Virus record (IMG/VR): IMGVR_UViG_3300028832_000131
Coordinates: 10,105 to 74,104 of that record
Origin: a virus
Taxonomy: Duplodnaviria; Caudoviricetes
Strand: one strand, 5' to 3'
Length of the DNA stretch: 64,000 nt
How positions within the stretch are numbered: the stretch's first letter is position 1; each line of letters opens with the position of its first letter. Positions 53,202 through 63,451 of the stretch are shown here, piece after piece. Both the position numbers and the translations under genes were made by a program. The notes below the pieces were generated by a model. That model ran no database searches, was not told the DNA's origin, and was given only the letters and a program-made list of their open reading frames with translations.

Positions 53202-53410
53202 CAAAAGAAGAATTTAAAAAGAAATGGGAAAGTGATGATGATGGTGGTGGAATAACAAATGAAGATATAGCAAGTTGTTATATTGAATGGGGATTAGGAA
53301 GAGCACCATATTCACAAACAATAGATTATGTTATTTGGAGAGTATGTGAAAGTGCTAATACAAATGACAAAAAGTATTGGGAGAAAAGAGCATTAAGGAG
53401 CGATGAATAA
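53198..53410 (+). CDS. Hypothetical protein
   Basis: 70 aa, ATGA overlap. Confidence 0.6.
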   Translation: MTKEEFKKKWESDDDGGGITNEDIASCYIEWGLGRAPYSQTIDYVIWRVCESANTNDKKYWEKRALRSDE

Positions 53411-53680
53411 ATGTTAAAGATTAAAGATTTACAAAGATTAATTGTAGAAATACAGCATTATGAAATGGAATTGTTTGAGGCATTAGATGAAGATTATCCT
53501 GATAATAGAATTGTAAGAGCAAAAGAAAGAGCAATATATAATCGATTAGATAAAATCACGAATGATATTGTATTAAAAGAAAAAATAAGGTTATGTATTC
53601 AACAAGGAATGTGGAATACAAAAGATTATACATTTAAGCCAATATTTGATAATTTAAGAAATATTGGACTTGAAGTTTAG
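53411..53680 (+). CDS. Hypothetical protein
   Basis: 89 aa. Confidence 0.6.
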   Translation: MLKIKDLQRLIVEIQHYEMELFEALDEDYPDNRIVRAKERAIYNRLDKITNDIVLKEKIRLCIQQGMWNTKDYTFKPIFDNLRNIGLEV

Positions 53681-53704
53681 TAGAAAAGGTAGAGTGATAA
53701 AGAA

Positions 53705-53938
53705 ATGCATATGACAGTAAATATTGATAGATATATTGAAGACATGGAACAATGGAAAAAGACAAGAGAAGAGAATGATAAATTGAAGCAAGAACTCCAA
53801 AGAAAAGATAATATAATAGAAAAAGCAATAGAATACGTAGAACATAATACTTTTCAAAATAGTGGTGGTGATTGGATATTTACATTTTATGAAGGAAAAG
53901 AATTATTATTAGATATTTTAAGAGGTGAAGATAAATGA
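53705..53938 (+). CDS. IEKAIEY...LLDILRGEDK family protein
   Basis: Conserved flanks, unique core. Confidence 0.65.
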   Translation: MHMTVNIDRYIEDMEQWKKTREENDKLKQELQRKDNIIEKAIEYVEHNTFQNSGGDWIFTFYEGKELLLDILRGEDK

Positions 53939-54225
53939 AAGAGATGATGAGAGAATTGTTTTTAGAAAACTGGGTAAAAGAAGCAAGTTTAGAAGAAATA
54001 GTTCAAAAATTAATAGAAAATGATGAAAGACACAAAGAAATAGAAAGACTTAATAATATAGTTAATGAATTAGAAAAATGGTTAAAAGAAGAAAAAGAAA
54101 ATTATAATTTAGAATTAACAAAGAAAAACGAAAAAGCATTAAGTTATAGTTTACCAATAAAAAATGTTTATAGACAAGTTTTAGATAAAATAAAGGAATT
54201 AGAAGATAGTGGGAGTGATGAATAA
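53935..54225 (+). CDS. Hypothetical coiled-coil protein
   Basis: 96 aa. Confidence 0.6.
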   Translation: MKEMMRELFLENWVKEASLEEIVQKLIENDERHKEIERLNNIVNELEKWLKEEKENYNLELTKKNEKALSYSLPIKNVYRQVLDKIKELEDSGSDE

Positions 54226-54229
54226 ATAA

Positions 54230-54421
54230 ATGCCTAAAAAAATAGATTATGAATGTTGTATATGCCACCAAAAATTAGAAAACAACGAGACTATTAGATT
54301 GGTAAAGCAGTTATACGGAATTTCATACTCTGGTGGTCATTATGCAGTAAGAAAATATGATTTTTGTAAACAATGTTATAGCAAGTTTGCGGGTTGGATA
54401 AAGAAACATAAGGAGGGATAA
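54230..54421 (+). CDS. Small CxxC...CxxC protein (B)
   Basis: Homologue of 5092-5280. Confidence 0.7.
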   Translation: MPKKIDYECCICHQKLENNETIRLVKQLYGISYSGGHYAVRKYDFCKQCYSKFAGWIKKHKEG

Positions 54422-55080
54422 TTATTATTTACGTAATAATGGCAGGTGGTGAATATAAAGATTTTAAAACGCCAAAGCAATTAACTATAATTAACGGGGA
54501 AAGATTGGTTGATAGAACAATAAGATTATTAAAAAAAAATGGAATTAACGAAATATATATTACAAGTACAGATCCTAGATTTGATAATTGTGTTGCCCCT
54601 AGACTAGAACACAAGAACACATATAAAGTTAGGGAAGGTATTCAAGAAGGATATTGGTTAGATGCCTTTTATCCCTTCTTTAAACCCTCTGATACCGTTT
54701 GTTATATGTTTGGAGACGTATATTACACAGAAGAGGCAATTCGCACGATAGTGGGTTTGAAATGTGTTAAAAACACACTGTTTGGAACAAGTGATGCAAA
54801 AAACGAGGAGCATGAGAATTGGGGAGAACCATTTGCTTACAAAGTGGTAGATTATGCAGAGTTTATGCGTGGAGTTGAAGCGGTTAAAGAAATGCAAGAT
54901 GCAGGATTAACTAAACGTATGCCTATTGTATGGGAATTATACAGATTTTTAAACGGATTAGACATTAATGTTCAGAGGGTATTGGACGAAACTTATGTAT
55001 GTATTGATGACGGCACCATGGACGTTGATACCTTAGATAAGGTTGAAATGGTAAGAAAGAGGTTTGAAGATAATGAGTGA
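54421..55080 (+). CDS. Nucleotidyltransferase-fold protein (B)
   Basis: Homologue of 7851-8516; conserved IIYVI precedes the first ATG (54439), so the start may be ATT. Confidence 0.72.
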   Translation: MIIYVIMAGGEYKDFKTPKQLTIINGERLVDRTIRLLKKNGINEIYITSTDPRFDNCVAPRLEHKNTYKVREGIQEGYWLDAFYPFFKPSDTVCYMFGDVYYTEEAIRTIVGLKCVKNTLFGTSDAKNEEHENWGEPFAYKVVDYAEFMRGVEAVKEMQDAGLTKRMPIVWELYRFLNGLDINVQRVLDETYVCIDDGTMDVDTLDKVEMVRKRFEDNE

Positions 55081-55390
55081 AGAAAGATTACAAGAAATAA
55101 AAGATAGTCTAACAGAAGAATTAAATAGTATTGATTATTATGGAAGTGAAACAGCAAAAGAAGGGTTAGAACTATACAATGAAGTAATTAGATTACAAAA
55201 GAATAATGAAGAAATGCAAATAGAAATGGCAAGAACGTGGAAAATAGCTGATGATTACAAGACAAGAATAGATAAAGCAATAGAATATATAAATAATTTA
55301 AGTAAAGAGCCAAATGTTTTTGGACATTATGGAATACATAATGATTGTGCAAAATGGTTATTAAAATTATTAAGAGGTGAAGATAAGTGA
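55073..55390 (+). CDS. IDKAIEY...LLKLLRGEDK family protein
   Basis: First 41 codons identical to 8509-8925. Confidence 0.68.
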   Translation: MSEERLQEIKDSLTEELNSIDYYGSETAKEGLELYNEVIRLQKNNEEMQIEMARTWKIADDYKTRIDKAIEYINNLSKEPNVFGHYGIHNDCAKWLLKLLRGEDK

Positions 55391-55473
55391 TACTTAATAT
55401 AGTTAGTTTTATCTTTGGAATGAGTATAGGTTTCTTTCTTGCTTGTTGTTTAAAAGTGGGGAAGGATGATTAA
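55387..55473 (+). CDS. 28-aa single-TM peptide (B)
   Basis: Homologue of 9097-9186. Confidence 0.55.
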   Translation: MILNIVSFIFGMSIGFFLACCLKVGKDD

Positions 55474-56087
55474 TGGATAATATTCTATTAACTATAATAG
55501 TTCCTGTATATAATTATCCTGAAGTAGATAAAGCATTAGATAGCATACCCCAAAGGAGTGATATTGAAATATTAATTGTTGATGATGGCTCAACTGATGA
55601 GACACCAAATGTAATTAATAAATGGATATTTAGTCATTTAAGTCAAAATGTCAGAGTAATAAGACACGGTTGGAATATGGGTTTGGGTGCTGCTAAAAAT
55701 ACGGGATTCGATAATGCTAAAGGTATGTATGTTACACAATTAGATAGTGATGATTATTTATACACAAATGAATATAACAAAGTAATTAATCGACTTGACG
55801 GAACGGATATAGTTTATATTGATATGCAAGTTAATGATGGCTTAGTATTTGCTATAGACGAAAGTAGTAGAAGAGGGTTTTGTTCTGGCTGTGCTAGGTT
55901 GATTAGAAGAGATTTTTTAGGAGACATAAGGTGTCCTGAAATACAAGCAGGGGAAGATTGGTATTTAAGTGAGGAGTTACTAAAGAAAAACCCAACTGAA
56001 AAGTTTACAAGAGTAGTAGCATATCACTATAATTATCCTCGAGAGGGTAGTTTATTTGATAAATTAGTAAAAGGAGAAATAAAATGA
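55473..56087 (+). CDS. GT2-family glycosyltransferase (B)
   Basis: 6 aa differences from 9186-9800 over 204 aa by manual comparison. Confidence 0.92.
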   Translation: MDNILLTIIVPVYNYPEVDKALDSIPQRSDIEILIVDDGSTDETPNVINKWIFSHLSQNVRVIRHGWNMGLGAAKNTGFDNAKGMYVTQLDSDDYLYTNEYNKVINRLDGTDIVYIDMQVNDGLVFAIDESSRRGFCSGCARLIRRDFLGDIRCPEIQAGEDWYLSEELLKKNPTEKFTRVVAYHYNYPREGSLFDKLVKGEIK

Positions 56088-56278
56088 AAAGTTTAGTTAA
56101 TACCAAGAAAGTATATATGTATGATACTGAGGGAAATTTAATAAAAATATTTAATACCTCATTTGATTGTGCAGATTATTTTGAATGCGATCCTCATTAT
56201 ATTTCATATAACATAAAGTACTTCAAAAGAATTAGAAATAAAAGAGAACAAAAATGGTATGTAATTAAGAGAAGTTAA
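56084..56278 (+). CDS. NUMOD1-like mini-protein (B)
   Basis: Homologue of 9797-9985. Confidence 0.6.
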   Translation: MKSLVNTKKVYMYDTEGNLIKIFNTSFDCADYFECDPHYISYNIKYFKRIRNKREQKWYVIKRS

Positions 56279-56294
56279 TCTTATAGGAGCATAT

Positions 56295-56627
56295 ATGAAG
56301 GAGTGTAAAGAGTACATGGATAGTTTTGAAATGGAAATAAAAACATTAGAGGGGTTAATTAATAAAACTGATGATGAGAAAATGAAAGTTTTATTAGAAA
56401 AAGAGGTTGATAATAAAAAAACACTACTAGGAAAATATCGTAGTGTATTAAGTAATATATCTTCAAACGAAATATGCTGCCGATTATTTGCTAAGATACT
56501 AGGAGGCAGCCCCCCTACTAAAGCAGTAGAGGAAGTTGCAAGAGAGAACTACTTTCAAAATATAAAGCCAAATAGCTTATCAGCGATATGGAGATATTAT
56601 TCAAAAATAAAAGAATTGGTAGAATGA
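56295..56627 (+). CDS. Putative late activator (B)
   Basis: Homologue of 10002-10334. Confidence 0.4.
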   Translation: MKECKEYMDSFEMEIKTLEGLINKTDDEKMKVLLEKEVDNKKTLLGKYRSVLSNISSNEICCRLFAKILGGSPPTKAVEEVARENYFQNIKPNSLSAIWRYYSKIKELVE

Positions 56628-56628
56628 T

Positions 56629-56659
56629 AGTGAAATAGGAGTAAATCGTATTATATAAT
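56629..56659 (+). promoter_or_regulatory. Putative late promoter (B)
   Basis: AGTGAAATAGGAGTA...TATAAT. Confidence 0.55.
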
Positions 56660-56720
56660 TAAAATGCCACAGAGGAGACCACCCCCTCCTTTGTGGTAGC
56701 TCCTATTAGAAAGAAGGAAT

Positions 56721-56942
56721 ATGGGTTATATAAGCAAGTTAGATACTAAATTTATTACTTTTGTAAATAGAAAGTATGGAACAACTTTTAATTATTTTGA
56801 TGATTACATTTTGTGGTTGTATAAAGCAAAAAACAATAATAAGGAAAACTATTATAGTCAATTAGAAAAAGACTTGTGGGAATATTCAGACTATCAAACA
56901 GGATCTCCTAGGTCTATGGGGAAGAAGACTATAAAGAGGTAG
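56721..56942 (+). CDS. Conserved hypothetical protein before terS (B)
   Basis: Homologue of 10438-10656. Confidence 0.7.
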   Translation: MGYISKLDTKFITFVNRKYGTTFNYFDDYILWLYKAKNNNKENYYSQLEKDLWEYSDYQTGSPRSMGKKTIKR

Positions 56943-56945
56943 GAT

Positions 56946-57620
56946 ATGAAGAAGTTTACAACTGAAAGCATAGAAAAAAGAGCAACTAATACAAAAAATA
57001 ACAATCACAAAAAAGAAATAGAAAAGCAAAAGATGATTCAAGAAATAAAAGAAGAGTCTAAAAATATGTTGCTGCCTAATCTAAAAGAGAAGATGCAAGA
57101 AACAACAAATCAAATAATAAAATTATTAAAAGAAAAAGATATAAATAATATACAAATAATGTCTATAATTGCGAAGGGAAGTCTACTTGAAAATGCCTTA
57201 GGTAGAAGCGTAGGGTACACCGCCCAAGAATTAAGTATTGGATTTGATTTATACCTAGATATGATTAATAAAATAAATGAAATAAAGCCCTTCCCCCCTA
57301 CAATAGAAAGTTATTGTAATTTTATGGGGATAAGTAAAACAACTTATGATAATTACTTAGTAGATGCAGATAGAAAAGACGTAATGAATTTTATACACTC
57401 ATATTTATTAGGGGTACTAGCTACAGGGGGGCTAACAGGTGAGTTACGAGAAATATCTAGTATATTTATTCAAAAACACATGGGAAAAACAGAACAAACT
57501 CAACCGATAGTAGTAGAACATAAAAAGATAACTAATATTGAAGAAATACAACAAAAACTAGCAAGTTTAAAAAAAGATAATATTATAGATGCAAGTTATA
57601 ATGAAAAAGAGGATATATAA
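56946..57620 (+). CDS. terS: Terminase small subunit (B)
   Basis: Homologue of 10657-11334. Confidence 0.68.
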   Translation: MKKFTTESIEKRATNTKNNNHKKEIEKQKMIQEIKEESKNMLLPNLKEKMQETTNQIIKLLKEKDINNIQIMSIIAKGSLLENALGRSVGYTAQELSIGFDLYLDMINKINEIKPFPPTIESYCNFMGISKTTYDNYLVDADRKDVMNFIHSYLLGVLATGGLTGELREISSIFIQKHMGKTEQTQPIVVEHKKITNIEEIQQKLASLKKDNIIDASYNEKEDI

Positions 57621-57680
57621 TCCTCTATTTTTTTTTGTTAGCAACCTCACATAAAGCTAACCATAAACCAAGTGCAACAA

Positions 57681-58355
57681 TTAATATAAATTCCATTCGT
57701 CCTCCTTTAATTTAGCAAGTATTGTAGGATAATCTTTTGTATTATATCTTTCGTAACATTGTTGTATTTTCTTTTCGAAAGAAAGTAGGGGAACATTTAA
57801 TAATCTACAAGCTGCCCTCATACCAGTTTTAGTTTCTATCATGTATGTTAGTACAGTTATAAAGTTATCTTTGTTAGATCTGTCAGAGAAAGCACGTCCT
57901 AGTTTTTTTCCTGTCCCTTTTACTGCTTTTAATCCTTCTTTCGTACGCTCACTAATTAAATCTCTTTCGAATTGTCCTAATACTGAGAATATACCAAGTA
58001 ATAGGGAGGTAGTAGAGTTAGGCTGCTCCCCAGCCCTTAATTCAAAACCTTCTTTAAATATGATTACATTAATCTTTCTTACTTGTACTAAGTCAGTAAT
58101 TAGTTCTAATGTTTTAATAACACCACCACGAGATAAACGAGATAAGCTTTCTACTACTAGGGTATCCCCCTCCCTCATTATATCAAGTAGGTGCGTAAAC
58201 TCTGGTCTATCTAGTTTAGTTCCAGTAAACTTTTCTTCTACATAAGTACAATTAGTGCCGTCATAGTATCCTTTGTCTTTAAGTATTTGTATTTGTCTAT
58301 CAAACTCTTGTGAATCACGACTAACACGTATATAACAATATTTCATATATATCAC
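57681..58355 (-). CDS. Small serine recombinase (B)
   Basis: YIRVS, GDTLVVESLSRLSR; homologue of 11397-12065. Confidence 0.93.
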   Translation of the reverse strand: MIYMKYCYIRVSRDSQEFDRQIQILKDKGYYDGTNCTYVEEKFTGTKLDRPEFTHLLDIMREGDTLVVESLSRLSRGGVIKTLELITDLVQVRKINVIIFKEGFELRAGEQPNSTTSLLLGIFSVLGQFERDLISERTKEGLKAVKGTGKKLGRAFSDRSNKDNFITVLTYMIETKTGMRAACRLLNVPLLSFEKKIQQCYERYNTKDYPTILAKLKEDEWNLY

Positions 58356-58372
58356 CCCATTAAATTGGCTAT

Positions 58373-58401
58373 ATTATACCATATTTTCCTTTCTTTTTCA
58401 A
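58373..58401 (-). promoter_or_regulatory. SigA promoter of the resolvase (B)
   Basis: TTGAAA-17-TATAAT. Confidence 0.8.
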
Positions 58402-58404
58402 CTT

Positions 58405-58638
58405 TTAGTCATCATTTTCTTTAAACAAGTCTTTTCTTTTTGTTTTAGGTGAGTCATGTACTACTAAATAACTTATATCAGATATATCACGTTGTGCCAT
58501 TAAATCAAGTACACGTACCCCTCCGTCTCTATATTCAATTTCTAATATGTTTTGTACGGGAAACATAAACCCGTTGTGCGTATTTTCCACACGTACGTTA
58601 TCAACTTTTGTAATTCTAATAATATCTTTATCGTTCAT
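58405..58638 (-). CDS. Conserved hypothetical protein (B)
   Basis: Homologue of 12120-12350. Confidence 0.7.
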   Translation of the reverse strand: MNDKDIIRITKVDNVRVENTHNGFMFPVQNILEIEYRDGGVRVLDLMAQRDISDISYLVVHDSPKTKRKDLFKENDD

Positions 58639-58708
58639 TTTAATTCCTCTCTATTATAATAATACTATATTTTATATATCAATGTAAAGGGGAGGTAGCC
58701 CCCCCTTA

Positions 58709-59404
58709 TTAAAATAATGGCTTTCCTTCTGGAAATATATCTTTTTCCTTTAAACAATCACTATATAAATATTCTGTATCAAATATTTCTTTATATTCTT
58801 CATCAGTAAGTAATTCAAAGTTATTATCTATGAAGTTAATTTGATTCATTACTATATCATATAATTCTTTATCTTGATTCTCTAGTTTATATTCTTCATA
58901 TTCTTTTGTATAACCTCTTTGAGATATATCAAAATATTCTCTAGCACTAATCATTTTAAATCCTTTATAATCGTCTAAATCTTCATATCCAGCAGCAAGT
59001 CCATATTTTACTTGCCCGTTTTCCTTTATATCTATAACTAATATACCATTATTATTATCTTGATTCTCTGGATTCATTTTAAATGTTATATGATTGTTGT
59101 TTTCATTATTCCATGTATATTGTTCTTTTACAAGATCGTGACCACCTACCCAGCTACCAATAGTAGTATTAATTTGAATAAGTGATTGTAAAATGTTTAA
59201 ATCTTCTCTATAATTACCAGAGTTAGATATATCAAAGTTATTACCTTTAAAGTTAGAATAATCACTTTGTGCATTTTTACCTATAAAATCTAATAATTGA
59301 TAAGTTCTATTAATCATATAATAACCATAATTCCATTGTAGGTGCATAGCCACCAAGTTTTTACCGTTTCTATATCTTATATATATTTGGCTTCTTTGTC
59401 CCAT
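58709..59404 (-). CDS. Hypothetical early protein (B only)
   Basis: 231 aa, MGQRSQIYI N-terminus, AGGAGGT RBS. Confidence 0.7.
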   Translation of the reverse strand: MGQRSQIYIRYRNGKNLVAMHLQWNYGYYMINRTYQLLDFIGKNAQSDYSNFKGNNFDISNSGNYREDLNILQSLIQINTTIGSWVGGHDLVKEQYTWNNENNNHITFKMNPENQDNNNGILVIDIKENGQVKYGLAAGYEDLDDYKGFKMISAREYFDISQRGYTKEYEEYKLENQDKELYDIVMNQINFIDNNFELLTDEEYKEIFDTEYLYSDCLKEKDIFPEGKPLF

Positions 59405-59415
59405 AATTTTACCTC

Positions 59416-60027
59416 CTATCTATTAGCCCAATAGCCATGAGTACCAATATTTTTATTGTACTTTTTATAATATTTTTTTAATCTTTCAATATATCTTTCT
59501 TTTTCTTGCTTAGATATTTCTAATATATCATCAATTTCATCATCAGTTAAATCTCTTACAGTAGTATGATCTCTTCTTGATAGCCCACAATATTGCCAAA
59601 ATACTAGGTATACATTTTTGCTATCATCAGAATAATTTCTATTAATAAAAGGTTTCAATTCAATACGTCCTGAGCAATATCCCTTAGTTTGTAAATCATC
59701 TCTTTCTTTTATCCACTCATCAAAATCAAACTGAAAGTTTCTTATATTGTAATGGATAAAAAACTCTTCTGTAACGTTAGGGCATGGAGTCTCATCATCA
59801 TAATAAATAGTGCTATCTATATGAGTCTTAGTATCTACTATAAAATAGTATCCATCTTCAAACATATATATAGAATATCTTTTGAAATTATTAATGTTAT
59901 CTTTTTGTTCTAATTCTTTTCTTTTTTCATCTGTAATAGGTTTATTACCATAATATCCATACTTGTAATTGCTTCTATAAAGCTTTGTAAACTCTTCATA
60001 GTCTTCAATTTTTTTAATCGTTTTCAC
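59416..60027 (-). CDS. Hypothetical early protein (B only)
   Basis: 203 aa, GTG start, AGGAGG RBS. Confidence 0.7.
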   Translation of the reverse strand: MKTIKKIEDYEEFTKLYRSNYKYGYYGNKPITDEKRKELEQKDNINNFKRYSIYMFEDGYYFIVDTKTHIDSTIYYDDETPCPNVTEEFFIHYNIRNFQFDFDEWIKERDDLQTKGYCSGRIELKPFINRNYSDDSKNVYLVFWQYCGLSRRDHTTVRDLTDDEIDDILEISKQEKERYIERLKKYYKKYNKNIGTHGYWANR

Positions 60028-60069
60028 TTTATTCCTCCTTTATTTTAGAAGGGGGGTAGCCCCCCTCTT

Positions 60070-60732
60070 TTAAAACTTGCGTACTGGCAGTACTATCCCT
60101 ATTTCTTCATTTTTATTAACAAAGTATAATGGCATATTAATACCTTGAAAATATATTTTACAATCTTCGCCAATAACGTCTATAACGTTCTTAACAAATA
60201 TAGGATTGTAAGCTTGTTCCCCAATTTGATAGAAAGCGTCATTTCTAGCTATTTCCTTCTTGTTAGTTTTAATAAATGCTATCAGATCATTAACGTCCAG
60301 TGTTAACTCATTACTTTTATCATAATCTAATGTAATACAATTCATTAAGTTAGGATATGTAGCATTGATTATAGCCGTTTCCCCATATTTTTCTTTATAT
60401 TCGTTTTTATCTATCCCCAATTTTTCTAAATCAGAGTCGGTAGCCACAAGGGGTAGGGGCATTTCATCTTGCTTAATCATAATAGCGTGGTAGCTATCTG
60501 TTACGCATTTATAATCACCGCATATACCATATCCCGTAAGAGCTAGTCTATCCTCCATTTTACTAGCAATTTTCTTAATAGCATTTACTCTTGTTTTATT
60601 TGTTGTTTTATAAGCAGCATTTTTTCTTATTTCTTTTTCTAATTTATCCCTTAGCTCAACAAACTTTATGTAATTAATATCATTGTCTCTTGTTATTCCT
60701 TTTATCTCATTATAGATTGTTTCTATTGTCAT
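60070..60732 (-). CDS. Truncated DnaN-like protein (B)
   Basis: RLALTGY...VTDSYHA; YNPIFVKNVIDVI...IVLPVRKF. Confidence 0.6.
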   Translation of the reverse strand: MTIETIYNEIKGITRDNDINYIKFVELRDKLEKEIRKNAAYKTTNKTRVNAIKKIASKMEDRLALTGYGICGDYKCVTDSYHAIMIKQDEMPLPLVATDSDLEKLGIDKNEYKEKYGETAIINATYPNLMNCITLDYDKSNELTLDVNDLIAFIKTNKKEIARNDAFYQIGEQAYNPIFVKNVIDVIGEDCKIYFQGINMPLYFVNKNEEIGIVLPVRKF

Positions 60733-60958
60733 TAATTATCCCTCCAATCCTATTTATCCAATAATTAGCATATTCTAATGTTGTTTTATTACATTTCTCT
60801 TTATCAAACTTATAATAATTTATTGTTCTTGTTATAATGTTTTTAATACGTTTTTCTATATTTTCATGTCCCCCGCTAAAATATAAATCACCATTAAAAC
60901 ATATATCATTATTAGAATAAACAATATATTTATATCCTTTATATTCTTTTATTATCAT
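60710..60958 (-). CDS. Hypothetical early protein
   Basis: 82 aa. Confidence 0.6.
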   Translation of the reverse strand: MIIKEYKGYKYIVYSNNDICFNGDLYFSGGHENIEKRIKNIITRTINYYKFDKEKCNKTTLEYANYWINRIGGIINDNRNNL

Positions 60959-61212
60959 TAATTATCCCTCTTTTCATTTTTATATTGATATAAATATTCA
61001 TGTATTGTCTCATCAATCGTATCTACTAAATCACTATTAATTTGTATATTATCATAAATGTTATTATAATCTTCTATTGATAAGCTATCTAAAAACTCTA
61101 AATCACTTTTACATTTTTCTTGTTCTTCTTCGTTCAGATCCCCCTCAATATATTCAATCTCATTGTTTACATAGCTTTCTATTAATCGGATCATTAAATC
61201 ATCAAATCTCAT
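60958..61212 (-). CDS. Very acidic 84-aa protein
   Basis: D/E-rich, AGGAGGT RBS. Confidence 0.65.
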   Translation of the reverse strand: MRFDDLMIRLIESYVNNEIEYIEGDLNEEEQEKCKSDLEFLDSLSIEDYNNIYDNIQINSDLVDTIDETIHEYLYQYKNEKRDN

Positions 61213-61223
61213 TATAATACCTC

Positions 61224-61457
61224 CTATATAGTAATTTCTCTTTCATCATAGCCAAGCTTATTAAAATTGTCGTAAATAAAGTCCTCTATTTCTTGAAAAT
61301 TATCATAACTTTCACTTAATCTTTCTAGCTCAGCATATTTTTCTTCAAAGTCATCAGTTTTTTCAACTATAATAGTATAGTCAAAGTCAATATCGTCAAT
61401 ATCATGTATTTTTATTAAAGCATATTTATCCATATTATCTAACCTCCATAATACCAT
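61224..61457 (-). CDS. Very acidic small protein
   Basis: D/E-rich; the true start is probably the internal MDKY. Confidence 0.6.
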   Translation of the reverse strand: MVLWRLDNMDKYALIKIHDIDDIDFDYTIIVEKTDDFEEKYAELERLSESYDNFQEIEDFIYDNFNKLGYDEREITI

Positions 61458-61734
61458 TTTTAAATAATTCTTTTATTTCATTATCAGATAAGCCATATTG
61501 CTTGAAAAACTCTTTTTGGTGGCGTGTAGTCGTTTGTGAATATTTTCCTAGATATTCGCAAGTAGCCATGCAAGTATCTTCATTTTTAGTGATCCTAGCA
61601 ACTAATGTACCATAGCTATATAACTCTAACTCAGTATATAAAATATTGTCTTGAATTGTACTTGTTTGTTTTACTCTTGCTTTTCCATAAAAGCTATTTC
61701 TACTATCGTATCGACAACTTAAATCGTATAACAT
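61435..61734 (-). CDS. Conserved early protein (B)
   Basis: Homologue of 16126-16419. Confidence 0.75.
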   Translation of the reverse strand: MLYDLSCRYDSRNSFYGKARVKQTSTIQDNILYTELELYSYGTLVARITKNEDTCMATCEYLGKYSQTTTRHQKEFFKQYGLSDNEIKELFKNGIMEVR

Positions 61735-61899
61735 ACCTACACCCCCTTATTTATAAATACAATAATTTATCTTTCCTTTATATTTTTTTACTATTTCACC
61801 TTGATAAGTCATAGCTTTAATAATATTGTCAAACTCTTTACTAATAATTTCTAATGTATCAGTAAATTGATATTCTACTATATATTTCATATATACCTC

Positions 61900-62556
61900 C
61901 TAGTCAATATCCTCAATAGTTTCAAACTCTTCACCGTCAAACCAATTAGCTAGCCAATCAGCGTCTTCTGAGTCATCAATATTATATGGATAAGAATATT
62001 CTCTATCTAACATATATTTACTAATTTCATTTACTCTATCTATCCATTTATTTACATATTCTTTATTATCAGATAGCCAATCTTGATATTTTTTAGAGCT
62101 TTCAATTCTTTCCAATTTATCACTTTCTACATAATAGTTATCAACGTATATTTCAAAGTCTTCACGGATATATTTACTAAAATGTAAATCAACGTCATCA
62201 ACCCATAAATGCTCCCCGTATACCTCAATATCTCTATTTAATTTAAAACCCTTTATACCGTCTATCCAGCTACCTTGACTGGAGCTATCAAAATATATAT
62301 CATCAAATGTAATATCTTTAAAGTCATCTCTAATTTCATCTAATTGATATTTAAAATCTTCATATAATTGATCTTGATAGTCTCTATAAATCATTTCATT
62401 ATTTAATTCAATTTTTTCTTCTTTTTCTTCATCTGTTAATTCGTCCCATGTTCGTATTTTATGTAATGTTTTTTTTGTATTTTTTGTTTCTTTCCCTGTT
62501 TCATCAATAATAGTCGTTTCTACTATTTGTTTAAATTGTTTCATAATTTTCCTCAC
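61900..62556 (-). CDS. Highly acidic conserved early protein (B)
   Basis: Homologue of 14466-15125. Confidence 0.75.
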   Translation of the reverse strand: MRKIMKQFKQIVETTIIDETGKETKNTKKTLHKIRTWDELTDEEKEEKIELNNEMIYRDYQDQLYEDFKYQLDEIRDDFKDITFDDIYFDSSSQGSWIDGIKGFKLNRDIEVYGEHLWVDDVDLHFSKYIREDFEIYVDNYYVESDKLERIESSKKYQDWLSDNKEYVNKWIDRVNEISKYMLDREYSYPYNIDDSEDADWLANWFDGEEFETIEDID

Positions 62557-62821
62557 AATCTCTTAATCTTCTACAATCTAATACAAAGTTATCACAAAGA
62601 GTATTTATAAACTCATAATTATTGCTATCATACCAACTAATAAATGTAAATATATCATAGTATAAACAATAAGCTGGAGCATATACCTTATGCCCGTATA
62701 GGAATAAACCGTTTTTTGTGATCCTTGTCTTTTTGATATAGTTTTGTTTTTCTCCATATTGTCTTTTAATATATTTATAACAATATTTCTTTAATTCTTC
62801 TAAATCTTCTTTAATACTCAT
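62531..62821 (-). CDS. Hypothetical early protein
   Basis: 96 aa, GGAGGT RBS. Confidence 0.6.
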   Translation of the reverse strand: MSIKEDLEELKKYCYKYIKRQYGEKQNYIKKTRITKNGLFLYGHKVYAPAYCLYYDIFTFISWYDSNNYEFINTLCDNFVLDCRRLRDCEENYETI

Positions 62822-62829
62822 AATACCTC

Positions 62830-63030
62830 CTAAAACCTATTTCCTACTGTAAAGTCTTTAATATCTTCATTATAGTAAACTCTGATTGAACAACCGCTCC
62901 AATATCCTTGACTATTTAAACATACCTCTAATTGTTTTTTTAAATACTCATCATCACCGAACAAAAACTCCCCGTAATCGTCCATAATTTCTAAGAATCT
63001 TTTATACATTTTATTATTTACTTTTATCAT
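62830..63030 (-). CDS. Conserved early protein (B)
   Basis: Homologue of 17058-17261. Confidence 0.75.
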   Translation of the reverse strand: MIKVNNKMYKRFLEIMDDYGEFLFGDDEYLKKQLEVCLNSQGYWSGCSIRVYYNEDIKDFTVGNRF

Positions 63031-63041
63031 AATACCTCCTA

Positions 63042-63398
63042 CTATCTAATAATTGAATTGTAATTTCTGATTGTATCGTTACAATATTCATAAAATTCTT
63101 TTAAATGTTTTTTATCGTTATAATCATTTATACTTGTTAAGTAATAATGATCCGCTAAATTATAAGCATATTCTCTTATCTCTTCTTTTGTTATATAATC
63201 TTTATCGTAAAACTCTTGAACGTCAAATATATCAAACCACTCAACGTATCTAAATTTTCTGTATCTTGTTTTATCTTCATTGTATATTTTCCCATAATAT
63301 ATGTAATAAAAGTTATGTACCTTATCATTGTTTACCTCATGTATCTTATTTATTTTTGTATATTCATAATTTACCATTTTAATACCTCCATATTTCAT
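63042..63398 (-). CDS. Tyr-rich hypothetical early protein
   Basis: 118 aa; likely start at MVNYEY after GGAGGT. Confidence 0.6.
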   Translation of the reverse strand: MKYGGIKMVNYEYTKINKIHEVNNDKVHNFYYIYYGKIYNEDKTRYRKFRYVEWFDIFDVQEFYDKDYITKEEIREYAYNLADHYYLTSINDYNDKKHLKEFYEYCNDTIRNYNSIIR

Positions 63399-63451
63399 AC
63401 CCTATAACCCCCTTTTTGAATTGTCAGAAAAGCAGGGGGGCATATTTTTTT